This document shows, one piece after another, positions 8,553 through 18,294 of a stretch of DNA of 64,000 nucleotides. A program made the position numbers and the translations under genes. The DNA lies in contig DATJBW010000013.1 of assembly GCA_035515135.1 (NCBI GenBank), forward strand, positions 114,439 through 178,438, given 5' to 3'. Within the stretch, counting starts at the first letter, position 1; each line of letters opens with the position of its first letter. The DNA comes from Flavobacterium sp. GTDB taxonomy: Bacteria > Bacteroidota > Bacteroidia > Flavobacteriales > Flavobacteriaceae. A model generated the notes under the pieces. That model worked only from the letters and a program-made list of their open reading frames with translations. It had not been told where the DNA came from and made no database searches.

Positions 8553-11369
8553 ATGATGACTACTTATTTAACAAAACAAAACACAAGACTTCCGATGAAA
8601 ATGATGTTTGCATTACTGCTATTTGCTTTTTCATTTATGGCAAATGCACAATGTCCATCAGGAAACATTACCTTCAACACTAACCAAGAGATAACTTTCT
8701 TTCTTTTGGAATACCCTAACTGTACAGAGATTAACGGAAACTTGAGGTTTGCTTATTCTGGTACCGATACCATTACAGAGATAGGAGACTTGCCTTTTAC
8801 GTCAATTGCTGGTGACCTTGAGGTATACAGCACACGATTAGTAAACCTCAAGGGGCTAGAGGATTTAACTCATATAGGCGGAACCATTTTTATTTATAAT
8901 AACACAGAGTTAGTTTCGTTAAAAGGACTTGAGAACATCACAACTGTCGAGGGAGATTTAAAAATACAAGGTAACTCGGTCTTGAAATCTGTACTTGGTC
9001 TTAATTCTATAAACTCAGTAAACGGAGCGGTACGTATTTTTGAAAACCCCCTACTTTTACATCTTAATGACTTAAATAGTTTAACCAATATCGGGAGCGT
9101 AGGAGGACAAACTAACAATCAAGATGGTGAACTATTCCTTTTGGAGAACCCTGCATTACTTTCTATTGCAGGGCTTTCTTCATTGAATAACATCAAGGGA
9201 AATCTTTTTATTCAAAAAAATGGTCTACAGAACTTAAGTGGTCTGGATAATCTCACAATTATTACTGGTGATGTTAGAATTCTTCAAAACAACAATCTTG
9301 GCTCTATTTCTAGTTTAAACACAATTACAGATATTGGTGGTGAACTGTTAATAAATAACAACGCTATATCAGAACTAAATGGTTTTCAGAATTTGGCTTC
9401 CATCGGTGGACCATTAACGATAGGTGCAAATGGGAGTGGTTTAAACAAAGTAGATAAACTCGCTAACTTATCTTCAATAAATGGTGCGCTCACTATCTCG
9501 TATGGCTGGTTGACAGACCTCTCAGGGCTTGTAAACATTGACCCTACAACCATATCAAATCTGGTTATTGTATTCAACCAAAATCTATCGGTATGTAACA
9601 TACAGAACTTCTGTGCTTATTTGAGCATTCCTACTAATCCTAGAACTATCGAAGGAAATACAGGCGATTGTGTGAGTGACACCGCTGTTACAGAAATCTG
9701 TAGTTTATACGGTAATTGTGATGATTACACCATTTGGAATGGAACTTCGTGGAGCAACGGACTTCCAGATGCTACCAAGCGTTTAATTCTCAACGGAAAT
9801 CTAGATGTAAATACTAATACCACTGTGTGTGAGGTGTTGATTAAGTCTGGCGTATTAACGGTTGCCTCAGGAACTTCTTTAATAGTTGAGAAACAAATTA
9901 TCAACACTTTAGCCGCAGAGAATTTCATCCTAGAGAACAACTCTAACTTAGTACAAATTGAGAACTTTGAAAACCAAGGTGCGATAACCTATAACCGTCT
10001 CACAGCACCGATGAACAAGAAAGACTACACCTATTGGGGTTCGCCTGTAAAAGGGCAAATCAGCTCACAGTTATTCGCCAACCCGAATAATATCTTTAAA
10101 TGGAATGTAGGCAGTCAATCATGGCTGAATGCCTCTGGTCAAGTGATGGACGTGGGGTACGGTTATATTATGCGAGCGCCGACCAACTTTCCTGGCACAG
10201 GACAAGCCAAACAAACCTTAGCCGCTTCTTTTAAAGGAGTTCCTAACAACAATGATATATCGGTAGAAGTAACTGCTGACCCAGACGCACTGACCTCTGA
10301 TCCGTATAGCAATGCGGTGATGAGTTTCTTGAGCAATCCATATCCGAGCGCAATTAATATAGATAAGTTTTTTACAGATCCTGACAATGCACCGAAAATT
10401 ACTCCCACTATTTATTTGTGGACACACTCGACCAACCCTACCCCAAATACAGAGGGGACACTCTTACACTATGCAGCTGATGATTTTGCTGTGTATAACT
10501 CATTAGGCGGAATCGGTACTGAAGCATTTGCAAATGACACTGCCAGTAGGATTCCTACAGGAGAAATTGCTTCAGGACAAGGTTTTTTCATCAAAGGCTC
10601 AGTAACGGGTGGAACGGTCACTTTTAAGAATACTTATAGAATTAACGAAGGTCAAGCCTATGACAATTCGCATTTTTATAGAATGGCCCAAACAAACCTG
10701 AACAAACACCGCGTTTGGCTGAGTATTCAAGGAAACAACACTTACAAACAAACATTAGTGGGGTATATTGATGGCGCTTCAGATGAATTAGATGTATATG
10801 ATAGCGAAGTATACGAAGGAGGAAATCCTGTTTCGATTTATAGCTTGCTAGATACGGGCAAACAACTTGCAATTCAAGGTAGAGCGATGCCCTTTGACGA
10901 TATAGACGAAGTTCAATTGGGTTATAAAACTACTGCCGCTGGAGACTATGCTATACATTTAGATCGTTTTGACGGATTGTTTAGCACAGAAGGACAAGAT
11001 ATTTTCTTGAAAGACGAGCTTATGGGAAGTTATCACAACCTGAAAGACGATGCCTATACTTTTTATACCGATGCAGGGAGTTTTGAAGACCGCTTCAGTT
11101 TGGTTTATAAAGACGCGCTCAGCATCAGTAACCCAATTGAAAATGGCAACTGGAAGGTATTCTCAAAAGACGGAAGCATAGAGGTAGTCGCACATGGCTT
11201 TGAGATAAAGGATATCAGCGTATATGATATGTTGGGCAGGAAAGTTAGCCATGCTAAAAATATTTTTGCCAACAGCCATAGCCTTGAAGCCATACAAGCC
11301 AATCAGCTGTTAATCGTTAAAGTCACGACAGTTGACAACCAGCAATTGACCAAAAAAATTAGCAACTAA
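8553..11369 (+). CDS. large T9SS-secreted protein with about 10 leucine-rich / receptor-L-domain-like repeats and a C-terminal T9SS sorting domain
   Basis: Signal peptide ..MKMMFALLLFAFSFMANAQ, so the start is 8553 or 8595 and the ORF-track start at 8433 is unlikely. About 24-aa repeats of the form L.GL..L..I.G.L.I..N..L run from roughly 8730 to 9602. The C-terminal ~80 aa (..ISVYDMLGRKV...LLIVKVTT.DNQQLTKKI) look like a type A T9SS sorting domain. Confidence 0.8.
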   Translation: MMTTYLTKQNTRLPMKMMFALLLFAFSFMANAQCPSGNITFNTNQEITFFLLEYPNCTEINGNLRFAYSGTDTITEIGDLPFTSIAGDLEVYSTRLVNLKGLEDLTHIGGTIFIYNNTELVSLKGLENITTVEGDLKIQGNSVLKSVLGLNSINSVNGAVRIFENPLLLHLNDLNSLTNIGSVGGQTNNQDGELFLLENPALLSIAGLSSLNNIKGNLFIQKNGLQNLSGLDNLTIITGDVRILQNNNLGSISSLNTITDIGGELLINNNAISELNGFQNLASIGGPLTIGANGSGLNKVDKLANLSSINGALTISYGWLTDLSGLVNIDPTTISNLVIVFNQNLSVCNIQNFCAYLSIPTNPRTIEGNTGDCVSDTAVTEICSLYGNCDDYTIWNGTSWSNGLPDATKRLILNGNLDVNTNTTVCEVLIKSGVLTVASGTSLIVEKQIINTLAAENFILENNSNLVQIENFENQGAITYNRLTAPMNKKDYTYWGSPVKGQISSQLFANPNNIFKWNVGSQSWLNASGQVMDVGYGYIMRAPTNFPGTGQAKQTLAASFKGVPNNNDISVEVTADPDALTSDPYSNAVMSFLSNPYPSAINIDKFFTDPDNAPKITPTIYLWTHSTNPTPNTEGTLLHYAADDFAVYNSLGGIGTEAFANDTASRIPTGEIASGQGFFIKGSVTGGTVTFKNTYRINEGQAYDNSHFYRMAQTNLNKHRVWLSIQGNNTYKQTLVGYIDGASDELDVYDSEVYEGGNPVSIYSLLDTGKQLAIQGRAMPFDDIDEVQLGYKTTAAGDYAIHLDRFDGLFSTEGQDIFLKDELMGSYHNLKDDAYTFYTDAGSFEDRFSLVYKDALSISNPIENGNWKVFSKDGSIEVVAHGFEIKDISVYDMLGRKVSHAKNIFANSHSLEAIQANQLLIVKVTTVDNQQLTKKISN

Positions 11370-11502
11370 TACTTTCAAAGAGATTCTTAGAGGTTTTGAG
11401 GTTGTTTTTTAATAGACAATCTCAAAGCCTTTTTTAAAATACCCCCCTTTCGCTTTCAACTTAATTATCACTACTTTAGCTATTTCTTCAAAAGCTAAAG
11501 CA

Positions 11503-11709
11503 ATGAAAAACAATCAAAATCCAGCTTCTTTGAGCAAGCGCGCCATAGCACTACTGCGACGAAAACCAATTATCCTTTATTTTATAGGCGCTTTTATTGC
11601 CTCTTTATCTAGCGCCACAGTATTTAAAGATAGTGTTCTTCAGTATATTTTGTTGGCGATAGCTCTTTTATCGGTAGTCTTGGCAACTGTGTTTTATTTT
11701 AGGGATTAG
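11503..11709 (+). CDS. small hypothetical membrane protein (2 predicted TM helices)
   Basis: 68 aa with two hydrophobic stretches (IILYFIGAFIASL; YILLAIALLSVVLATVFYF). I recognise no homology. Confidence 0.4.
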   Translation: MKNNQNPASLSKRAIALLRRKPIILYFIGAFIASLSSATVFKDSVLQYILLAIALLSVVLATVFYFRD

Positions 11710-11807
11710 ATTTTTGCTACATCCTTTTAAAACTATAGCCTGATCCCCTGACAAACCCATCTCTAAAGTTTATTTGGCTATCTCATCGGATAGTTATAAT
11801 AAAAAAT

Positions 11808-11815
11808 GTAATTTT
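11808..11815 (+). promoter_or_regulatory. -7 promoter box (TAATTTTG) upstream of serS
   Basis: TAnnTTTG match 23 nt upstream of the serS ATG. Confidence 0.45.
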
Positions 11816-11838
11816 GTAGCTTCATAAATCCAATAGAA

Positions 11839-13110
11839 ATGTTACAAATAGCACAGCTTAGAGAAAACAAAGAAGCGGTTATCAAAGCCCTTAGCAAACG
11901 AAATATTGACGCTACGACACTCGTAGAAAAAGCAATCGACTTAGACGAAAAAAGACGTTCGACTCAAGTGGAGCTAGACGATATCTTGGCAGCATCAAAC
12001 AAGTTCTCTAAAGATATTGGTGCACTTATGAAAGCGGGAGAAAAGGCAAAAGCTGAAATCCTAAAAACCAAAACATCTTCGCTCAAAGAAAAAGAAGCAA
12101 GCTTGAAAGCACTTCTAAACCAATATATTGAAGAACTGCAAGAAGAATTATACAAAATACCCAACACGCCGAACGATCTCGTTCCTGCAGGCAAAGATGC
12201 AGAAGACAACCTCAACATATTTGAAGAGGGAAAAGTGCCCAATTTACACGAGGGAGCTTTACCACATTGGGAACTCGCCAAAAAATACGACATCATTGAC
12301 TTTGAATTAGGCGTAAAAATCACCGGTGCTGGTTTTCCTGTTTATAAAGGAAAAGGTGCCAAACTACAACGCGCATTAATTTCATATTTCTTAGACAAAA
12401 ATACCGATGCTGGCTACCAAGAGGTGCAAGTACCGCACTTAGTCAACGAAGCTTCAGGTATTGGCACAGGACAGCTTCCAGACAAAGAGGGTCAGATGTA
12501 CCACTGTGGGATAGACAATTTATACCTGATCCCAACAGCAGAAGTTCCCGTTACAAATCTTTATAGAGATGTGATTATCGATGAAAAAGACCTGCCAGTT
12601 CTAAACACTGCCTATACGCCTTGTTTCCGTAGAGAAGCGGGTAGCTATGGCGCTCACGTGAGAGGACTCAACCGTTTGCACCAATTTGACAAAGTAGAAA
12701 TCGTGCGTATCGAACACCCTGATCACTCCTATCAAGCGCTTGAGGGAATGGTTGAACACGTCAAAGGCATTCTTAAAGAACTAGAATTACCTTATAGAAT
12801 ATTGCGTCTTTGTGGGGGTGATACGGGCTTTGCCTCAGCATTGACCTATGATTTTGAAGTATTCTCAACGGCTCAGGACAGATGGTTAGAAATCTCATCA
12901 GTGTCAAACTTTGAGACCTTTCAGGCCAATCGCTTGAAATTGCGTTTTAGAGACAAGGATGGCAAAAACAAATTAGCACATACACTCAACGGAAGTTCAC
13001 TAGCTCTGCCAAGGGTTCTCGCAGGGATATTAGAAAATTATCAGACTCCTGAAGGAATTGTAATTCCAGCAGTGCTCAGAAAATATACTGGTTTTGACAT
13101 CATTGACTAA
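11839..13110 (+). CDS. serS: seryl-tRNA synthetase
   Basis: 423 aa with an N-terminal coiled-coil arm and class II motifs (TPCFRREAGSYG..RGL.R.HQF.KVE; LNGS.LA..R). Confidence 0.95.
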   Translation: MLQIAQLRENKEAVIKALSKRNIDATTLVEKAIDLDEKRRSTQVELDDILAASNKFSKDIGALMKAGEKAKAEILKTKTSSLKEKEASLKALLNQYIEELQEELYKIPNTPNDLVPAGKDAEDNLNIFEEGKVPNLHEGALPHWELAKKYDIIDFELGVKITGAGFPVYKGKGAKLQRALISYFLDKNTDAGYQEVQVPHLVNEASGIGTGQLPDKEGQMYHCGIDNLYLIPTAEVPVTNLYRDVIIDEKDLPVLNTAYTPCFRREAGSYGAHVRGLNRLHQFDKVEIVRIEHPDHSYQALEGMVEHVKGILKELELPYRILRLCGGDTGFASALTYDFEVFSTAQDRWLEISSVSNFETFQANRLKLRFRDKDGKNKLAHTLNGSSLALPRVLAGILENYQTPEGIVIPAVLRKYTGFDIID

Positions 13111-13134
13111 AAACAGCTAAAAAACTGTTTTTTA
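13110..13134 (+). terminator. intrinsic terminator after serS
   Basis: AAACAG-ctaaaaaa-CTGTTT followed by a T-run. Confidence 0.6.
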
Positions 13135-13245
13135 TTGGATAAACATACTGAACGAAACTCTTTGATTAAGACTTTTACTGACGGTCTAAGCCTTTTGTAA
13201 AAAAGAATAAACAAGGCAAAATACTAACCAAAACATCTTATAAAG

Positions 13246-15231
13246 ATGAGTGCGAAGCCAAACCCCAGTCATTTAAGCAAAGTATCAGCAGGAACATTGC
13301 TCGTGACCTTGGGTATTATATACGGAGATATCGGTACCTCACCGCTGTATGTGATGAAAGCCATTATGGGCAGAGGAATCATACAAGAAGACATCATCTT
13401 GGGCGCTATATCTTGTGTGTTCTGGACGTTGACCCTGCAGACTACAATCAAATATGTAATCCTCACCCTACAAGCAGACAACAATGGCGAAGGGGGAATT
13501 TTCTCTTTATACACCTTAGTCAAAAAGCTCAAAAAGCCCTGGCTGATTATCCCTGCCATCATCGGTGGTAGTGCTTTGTTAGCTGACGGAATCATCACAC
13601 CACCTATCTCCATTTCCTCTGCTATCGAAGGGCTTAAGATCTACCAATCCAACTTGCAGACCGTCCCGATTGTAATTGCTATTCTAGTGATTTTATTCAC
13701 AATTCAGCAATTTGGATCCAAAATCTTAGGCAAGTTTTTTGGCCCCATGATGTTACTTTGGTTTCTGATGTTAGGGATTTTAGGTGCACTTCAACTCATA
13801 AGCAACCCTAGCGTCTTGCACGCTTTGAATCCGTATTATGCCATTCATTTGTTGTCTATTCACTCAGAGGGCTACTTTGTATTGGGCTTTGTATTTTTGT
13901 GTACTACAGGAGCAGAGGCACTCTATAGTGATTTAGGACACTGTGGTATTCGAAACATCCGTATCAGCTGGGCTTTTGTAAAACTGATGTTAGTCTTGAG
14001 CTATTTTGGACAAGGCGCATTTCTTATTCAACACATCGGAGAAACACTCGTGAGTTTATCACCACATCCTGACAACTTAGCCAATCCGTTTTATCTAGTA
14101 ATGCCTGAATGGTTTTTGCCAATCGGAATTGGGATTGCTACTTTGGCAGCTGTTATCGCATCACAAGCGCTCATTAGCGGTTCATTTACGCTTATTAACG
14201 AAGCCATTCGGTTAAATTTTTGGCCAAAGGTACGGGTAAAATTCCCCACGAATGTCAAGGGTCAGCTCTATATCCCCTCAATCAATTGGTTGCTATTTGC
14301 AGGCTGTACATTTGTAATTTTGCACTTCAAAGAGTCTGGAAATATGGAGGCAGCATACGGACTTGCCATTACCCTATGCATGATTATGACCACTATATTA
14401 TTGGGCTATTATATGGTGATCAAAAGAATTCACAGGTTTTATATTATCTTGGTCGTAGTAGTGTATTTGAGTATTGAGATTTCATTTTTCATCTCTAATA
14501 TCCAAAAGTTCTCTCACGGTGGTTATGTCAGTGTCATCATAGCCGGTCTGATTGCCAGCGTGATGATTGTGAATTATATGTCAAAGAAAATCAGACACAC
14601 CTATGCCAATTTTGTCAATGTAGAAGACTTTTTGAGTGTACTCCAAGATTTAAGCAAAGATCATTCTATCCCGAAATATGCTACGAATTTGGTATATTTG
14701 ACCAATAGCTATACCACTTCAAAAATAGAATACAAAGCCATGCATTCTATTATCTACAGAAGACCAAAGAGAGCTGACAATTATTGGTTTGTGCACGTAA
14801 ACGTGATTGACCAACCCTATAAATTGGAGTACAAAGTGCATAAATTTGGCGATGAAAATAATGTTATTCGAGTTGACTTTTACCTCGGATTCAGAAACGA
14901 ACCGCGTATCAATGTGTTGATGCGAAAAGTAGTAACCGAACTAGTGTTGTCTGGCGAAGTTGATGTTACCAGCAGGTATGAATCCTTGAGCAAGAACAAT
15001 ATTATTGGCGATTTTGAATATGTGTTGATAGAAAAAGAACTGTCGTATGACAGCGATCTTCCGGCAAGTGAGAGAATCATCCTGAATCTCTATGAGGTGC
15101 TCAAGAAAATCTCACTGACTAAAGATAAAGCCTTCGGTCTAGACAGCAGTGCAGTGACTGTCGAGCGTTTTCCGATGATACTCAACCCCATTGAAGATTT
15201 GCACCTCACCAGAATAAAACAGCGAGAATAA
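13246..15231 (+). CDS. kup: KUP/HAK/KT family potassium transporter
   Basis: 661 aa, polytopic, with N-terminal GIIYGDIGTSPLYV and GEGGIFSLY motifs characteristic of Kup. Confidence 0.9.
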   Translation: MSAKPNPSHLSKVSAGTLLVTLGIIYGDIGTSPLYVMKAIMGRGIIQEDIILGAISCVFWTLTLQTTIKYVILTLQADNNGEGGIFSLYTLVKKLKKPWLIIPAIIGGSALLADGIITPPISISSAIEGLKIYQSNLQTVPIVIAILVILFTIQQFGSKILGKFFGPMMLLWFLMLGILGALQLISNPSVLHALNPYYAIHLLSIHSEGYFVLGFVFLCTTGAEALYSDLGHCGIRNIRISWAFVKLMLVLSYFGQGAFLIQHIGETLVSLSPHPDNLANPFYLVMPEWFLPIGIGIATLAAVIASQALISGSFTLINEAIRLNFWPKVRVKFPTNVKGQLYIPSINWLLFAGCTFVILHFKESGNMEAAYGLAITLCMIMTTILLGYYMVIKRIHRFYIILVVVVYLSIEISFFISNIQKFSHGGYVSVIIAGLIASVMIVNYMSKKIRHTYANFVNVEDFLSVLQDLSKDHSIPKYATNLVYLTNSYTTSKIEYKAMHSIIYRRPKRADNYWFVHVNVIDQPYKLEYKVHKFGDENNVIRVDFYLGFRNEPRINVLMRKVVTELVLSGEVDVTSRYESLSKNNIIGDFEYVLIEKELSYDSDLPASERIILNLYEVLKKISLTKDKAFGLDSSAVTVERFPMILNPIEDLHLTRIKQRE

Positions 15232-15283
15232 AGACAATGCGACTTGTGTAACTAAAGTAACTGTACAACTAGTTTTGAAAGAC

Positions 15284-15291
15284 TAATTTTG
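15284..15291 (+). promoter_or_regulatory. -7 promoter box (TAATTTTG) upstream of the OsmC-to-DsrE gene string
   Basis: TAnnTTTG match 26 nt upstream of the ATG at 15318. Confidence 0.45.
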
Positions 15292-15317
15292 TATCATATC
15301 CTTTTAAAACACACATT

Positions 15318-15752
15318 ATGTCAGAAAATCATTTCTATCAAGTAGACCTTAGCTGGAAAAACGGAAGAGTGGGTGAGCTGTCTTCTCCGGTATTAGACAC
15401 CACAATTCAATGTGCTACACCACCTGAATTTGCAAACGGCGTGCCGAATATCTGGTCTCCAGAACACTTCTATGCTGCCGCTATCAATAGTTGTTTTATG
15501 ACGACTTTCTTGGCTATTGCCGAAAACTTTAAAGTGCCGTTTGAGAGTTTTGACTGTAAAACCATTATCAAATTAGAAGTCATCGACAGGAAGTACATGA
15601 TTTCTGAGGCAGAAATACATCCGATAGTAAAACTAGCTAACCCAGAGAAAGATGCTGACAAAGCTATGCGCGTTATCCAAAAAACAAAAGAAAACTGTTT
15701 GGTTACCAACTCAATGAAAACTGAGATCAGCCTACATCCCAGTATTAAATAA
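15318..15752 (+). CDS. OsmC/Ohr family peroxiredoxin-like protein
   Basis: 144 aa with the two family cysteines in typical contexts (AINSCFM and KENCLVTNS). Confidence 0.8.
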   Translation: MSENHFYQVDLSWKNGRVGELSSPVLDTTIQCATPPEFANGVPNIWSPEHFYAAAINSCFMTTFLAIAENFKVPFESFDCKTIIKLEVIDRKYMISEAEIHPIVKLANPEKDADKAMRVIQKTKENCLVTNSMKTEISLHPSIK

Positions 15753-15783
15753 CATTCAAGATACCTAAAAAACACCTATACTT

Positions 15784-16098
15784 ATGTTCGGAATATTCAA
15801 AAATATATTTTCAAATTCAGGCAACGAAGAACTTATACAAGCCCTAAAAGAAGGTGCTTGCTTAGTCGATGTGCGATCACCAGGAGAGTACAGCTCAGGC
15901 TCAGTAAAAGGAGCGATAAACATTCCGCTAGATAAAATCTCTAGTCAGGCTGGAAAATTAAAGGGCAAAACTTGTGTAGTCGTATTTTGTCAAAGCGGCT
16001 TGCGAAGTGCTCAAGCAAAATCAATATTAGAACGCAACGGTATCGCCAAGGTTATCAACGGAAGAAACTGTAGCACAATCAATCAGTGTGTGGAGTAA
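15784..16098 (+). CDS. single-domain rhodanese (sulfurtransferase)
   Basis: 104 aa with LVDVRSPGEY..G.V.GAINIP and the active-site loop FCQSGLRS (C-x-x-G-x-R-S). Confidence 0.85.
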   Translation: MFGIFKNIFSNSGNEELIQALKEGACLVDVRSPGEYSSGSVKGAINIPLDKISSQAGKLKGKTCVVVFCQSGLRSAQAKSILERNGIAKVINGRNCSTINQCVE

Positions 16099-16140
16099 TA
16101 CCGATATACACTTTGAACACACCTAGTTAAAGAAAAAAAA

Positions 16141-16755
16141 ATGTCAAATTTATATTGGAATCAACGCTATGCCCAAAAAGAGTACGTCTATGGAGAAACG
16201 CCTAATGAGTATCTCAAACAAAAACTCAAAGACATACCCGCAGGAAGTATTCTCTTTCCTTGTGAAGGAGAAGGCAGAAATGCCGTTTATGCTTCTAAAA
16301 TAGGCTGGAAATCTACTGCTTTTGACCAAAGTATTCAAGGTAAAAACAAAGCTGAAATATTGGCCAAAAGAAAAGATGTATCTATCAATTACAGTATCTT
16401 TACTACTGAAGAAGTTGATTATGAACTAGAGTCTTTTGATGCTTTAGCACTTATTTTTGCGCATTTCTCAGCTGAGGAACGAAGAGCTTATCATCAAAAA
16501 ATTAGTTCCTATCTAAAGAGAGACGGCGTACTTATTTTAGAGGGTTTTAGCAAAGCGCACACTGAATTTCAGAAAACAAATCTGAATGCTGGCGGCCCCA
16601 AAGAGGTTTCGATGTTGTTTGATCTGGAGGAGCTAAAAGCTGACTTTGAAGGCTTTGAGTTTATTGAAGCCACACAATCAGAAGAAAAACTAAATGAAGG
16701 AAACGGACATATAGGCATTGCCTCTGTTGTCAGAATCTATGCCGTCAAAAAATAA
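16141..16755 (+). CDS. class I SAM-dependent methyltransferase (TehB/TPMT-like small-molecule type)
   Basis: 204 aa with N-terminal W..RY......YG..P and a motif-I-like ILFPCEGEGRNAVYAS. The size and layout resemble TehB-like methyltransferases. The substrate cannot be read from the sequence. Confidence 0.65.
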   Translation: MSNLYWNQRYAQKEYVYGETPNEYLKQKLKDIPAGSILFPCEGEGRNAVYASKIGWKSTAFDQSIQGKNKAEILAKRKDVSINYSIFTTEEVDYELESFDALALIFAHFSAEERRAYHQKISSYLKRDGVLILEGFSKAHTEFQKTNLNAGGPKEVSMLFDLEELKADFEGFEFIEATQSEEKLNEGNGHIGIASVVRIYAVKK

Positions 16756-16758
16756 ACT

Positions 16759-16995
16759 ATGATGAATTATCTAAAAAACTGGAATTTTACCAGAGTATTG
16801 CGCCTTGTAATGGGTATATTTATTGTTGTCCAAGGATTCATCAACCAAGAGTGGTTTTTTGTAATCTTAGGAGCGCTATTCACGCTGATGCCATTGTTGA
16901 ATATAGGCTGTGGTAGTGCGGGTTGCGCCGTACCGAAACAAACGACAGCCAATAAAAAACCAGAAACAATTACTTACGAAGAAATACAAAAATGA
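16759..16995 (+). CDS. DUF2892 (YgaP-like) small membrane protein
   Basis: 78 aa with N.NFTRVLRLVMGIFIVVQG and a second TM helix, like the transmembrane module fused to rhodanese in E. coli YgaP. The C-terminus carries GCGSAGC. Confidence 0.6.
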   Translation: MMNYLKNWNFTRVLRLVMGIFIVVQGFINQEWFFVILGALFTLMPLLNIGCGSAGCAVPKQTTANKKPETITYEEIQK

Positions 16996-17348
16996 AAATA
17001 CTACTTATACTAAACCAAATTCCATACAACGGTACTGATGTTACCTGGAACAGCCTAAGACTTGCTGAAACCCTGCGAAAAAAAGACAAAGAAGTCAGAA
17101 TTTTCTTGATGAATGACGCTGTAGACTTGGCGCGCGACTCCAACAAACCAACGCCAGAATACGACCAAGATTTATCTGAGATGCTCAGAGAGTTAATTAA
17201 AAAAGGCGTGGTCGTAAAAGTATGTGGCACCTGTATGACTCGATGTGGTATTCACAAAAACGAAGCTTATTTTGAAGGTGCACATCACTCTACCATGGCA
17301 GAGCTAGCAGACTGGATTATCGATAGCGACAAAGTCTTGACTTTCTAA
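16992..17348 (+). CDS. DsrE/DsrF-like sulfur-relay family protein
   Basis: 118 aa, MKILLILN..PYNGTD......RLA....K....V.IFLMNDAV, with a Cys-bearing VKVCGTCMTRCGI. The start overlaps the upstream stop (ATGA). Confidence 0.75.
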   Translation: MKILLILNQIPYNGTDVTWNSLRLAETLRKKDKEVRIFLMNDAVDLARDSNKPTPEYDQDLSEMLRELIKKGVVVKVCGTCMTRCGIHKNEAYFEGAHHSTMAELADWIIDSDKVLTF

Positions 17349-17367
17349 ACAAAAAAATGTAAGTGTG

Positions 17368-18195
17368 TTAGTTAAGGTAAATACCGTCTTCTTTGATGGT
17401 AATTACCTTTTCTTTGTATAGCGTACCTATAGCTTTTTTGAAGGCTTTTTTACTCATCTTCAGCACTGTTTTTATCTCCTCTGGATGTGAATTATCGGTC
17501 AAGCGCAAAAACCCGTTTGAGGATTTGAGCTCGTCTAATACTATTTCAGCATTGTCTTGAATTCCCTCAACGCCTGATTGCGTAGCAGACACATCAATCT
17601 TGTGGTCTTCTCTAATATTTTTGACATAACCCACAAGTTTCTTTCCTGGAGTCAGGTTGGCAAAAACCTGGTCTTTGTAGAGCAAGCCTTTGTATTTTGA
17701 ATTGATAATCACGTTGATTCCCAAATCAGTAATATGAGAAACGATCAAATCTACTTTTTCGTTGACCTCTAACTCGATGTTTTTTAGCTCTAAGAATTGG
17801 TTTGTTCTACTTGAAGCTACTAGTCTATTTGTTTTTTCATCCAGATAAGCATAGACCAAATAGCGCTTGCCATCTTCCATTTTACGGGCTTGCTCCTTAA
17901 ACGGACAGAACAAATCTTTTTCTAATCCCCAATCCAGAAAAGCTCCGAATTCATTCATATAATTTACTTTTAGGTAAGCAAATTCACCGCGTTTGACATA
18001 CGGATTTAGAGTCGTAGCCGTGATGCGTTCTTCGTGATCTAGATAGACAAAAACCTTCATTTCATCATCGATCTCAAACTTTTTCGGCACGTATTTATTG
18101 GGCAACAAAACATCGTTTTCGCCATCAGTCAAAAACAATCCTACCGAAGTATCTCGGGCAATTTTCAATATATTATATGTACCTAGTTCTATCAT
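17368..18195 (-). CDS. S1-domain nucleic-acid-binding protein, CvfB/YitL family
   Basis: 275 aa with repeated S1-like modules and a C-terminal winged-helix-like segment (K.AFKKAIG.LYK...I). The N-terminus GTYNILKI.R.TSVGLFL is typical of YitL/CvfB. Confidence 0.7.
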   Translation of the reverse strand: MIELGTYNILKIARDTSVGLFLTDGENDVLLPNKYVPKKFEIDDEMKVFVYLDHEERITATTLNPYVKRGEFAYLKVNYMNEFGAFLDWGLEKDLFCPFKEQARKMEDGKRYLVYAYLDEKTNRLVASSRTNQFLELKNIELEVNEKVDLIVSHITDLGINVIINSKYKGLLYKDQVFANLTPGKKLVGYVKNIREDHKIDVSATQSGVEGIQDNAEIVLDELKSSNGFLRLTDNSHPEEIKTVLKMSKKAFKKAIGTLYKEKVITIKEDGIYLN

Positions 18196-18294
18196 GATTT
18201 GGTCTTAGAAAAAGCAAAGATACAAAGCTTATTTTTAAGTAGTCATAAAAAAAGGCTTCCGTATCCGAAAGCCTTTTTAGTATGAAAATATTTT

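Noticed and set aside
13135-13245. Possible c-di-AMP (ydaO-type) riboswitch upstream of kup.
   Set aside because: About 110 nt is too short, and I could not find the conserved ACGGGGA / CCCG-type pseudo-symmetric elements.
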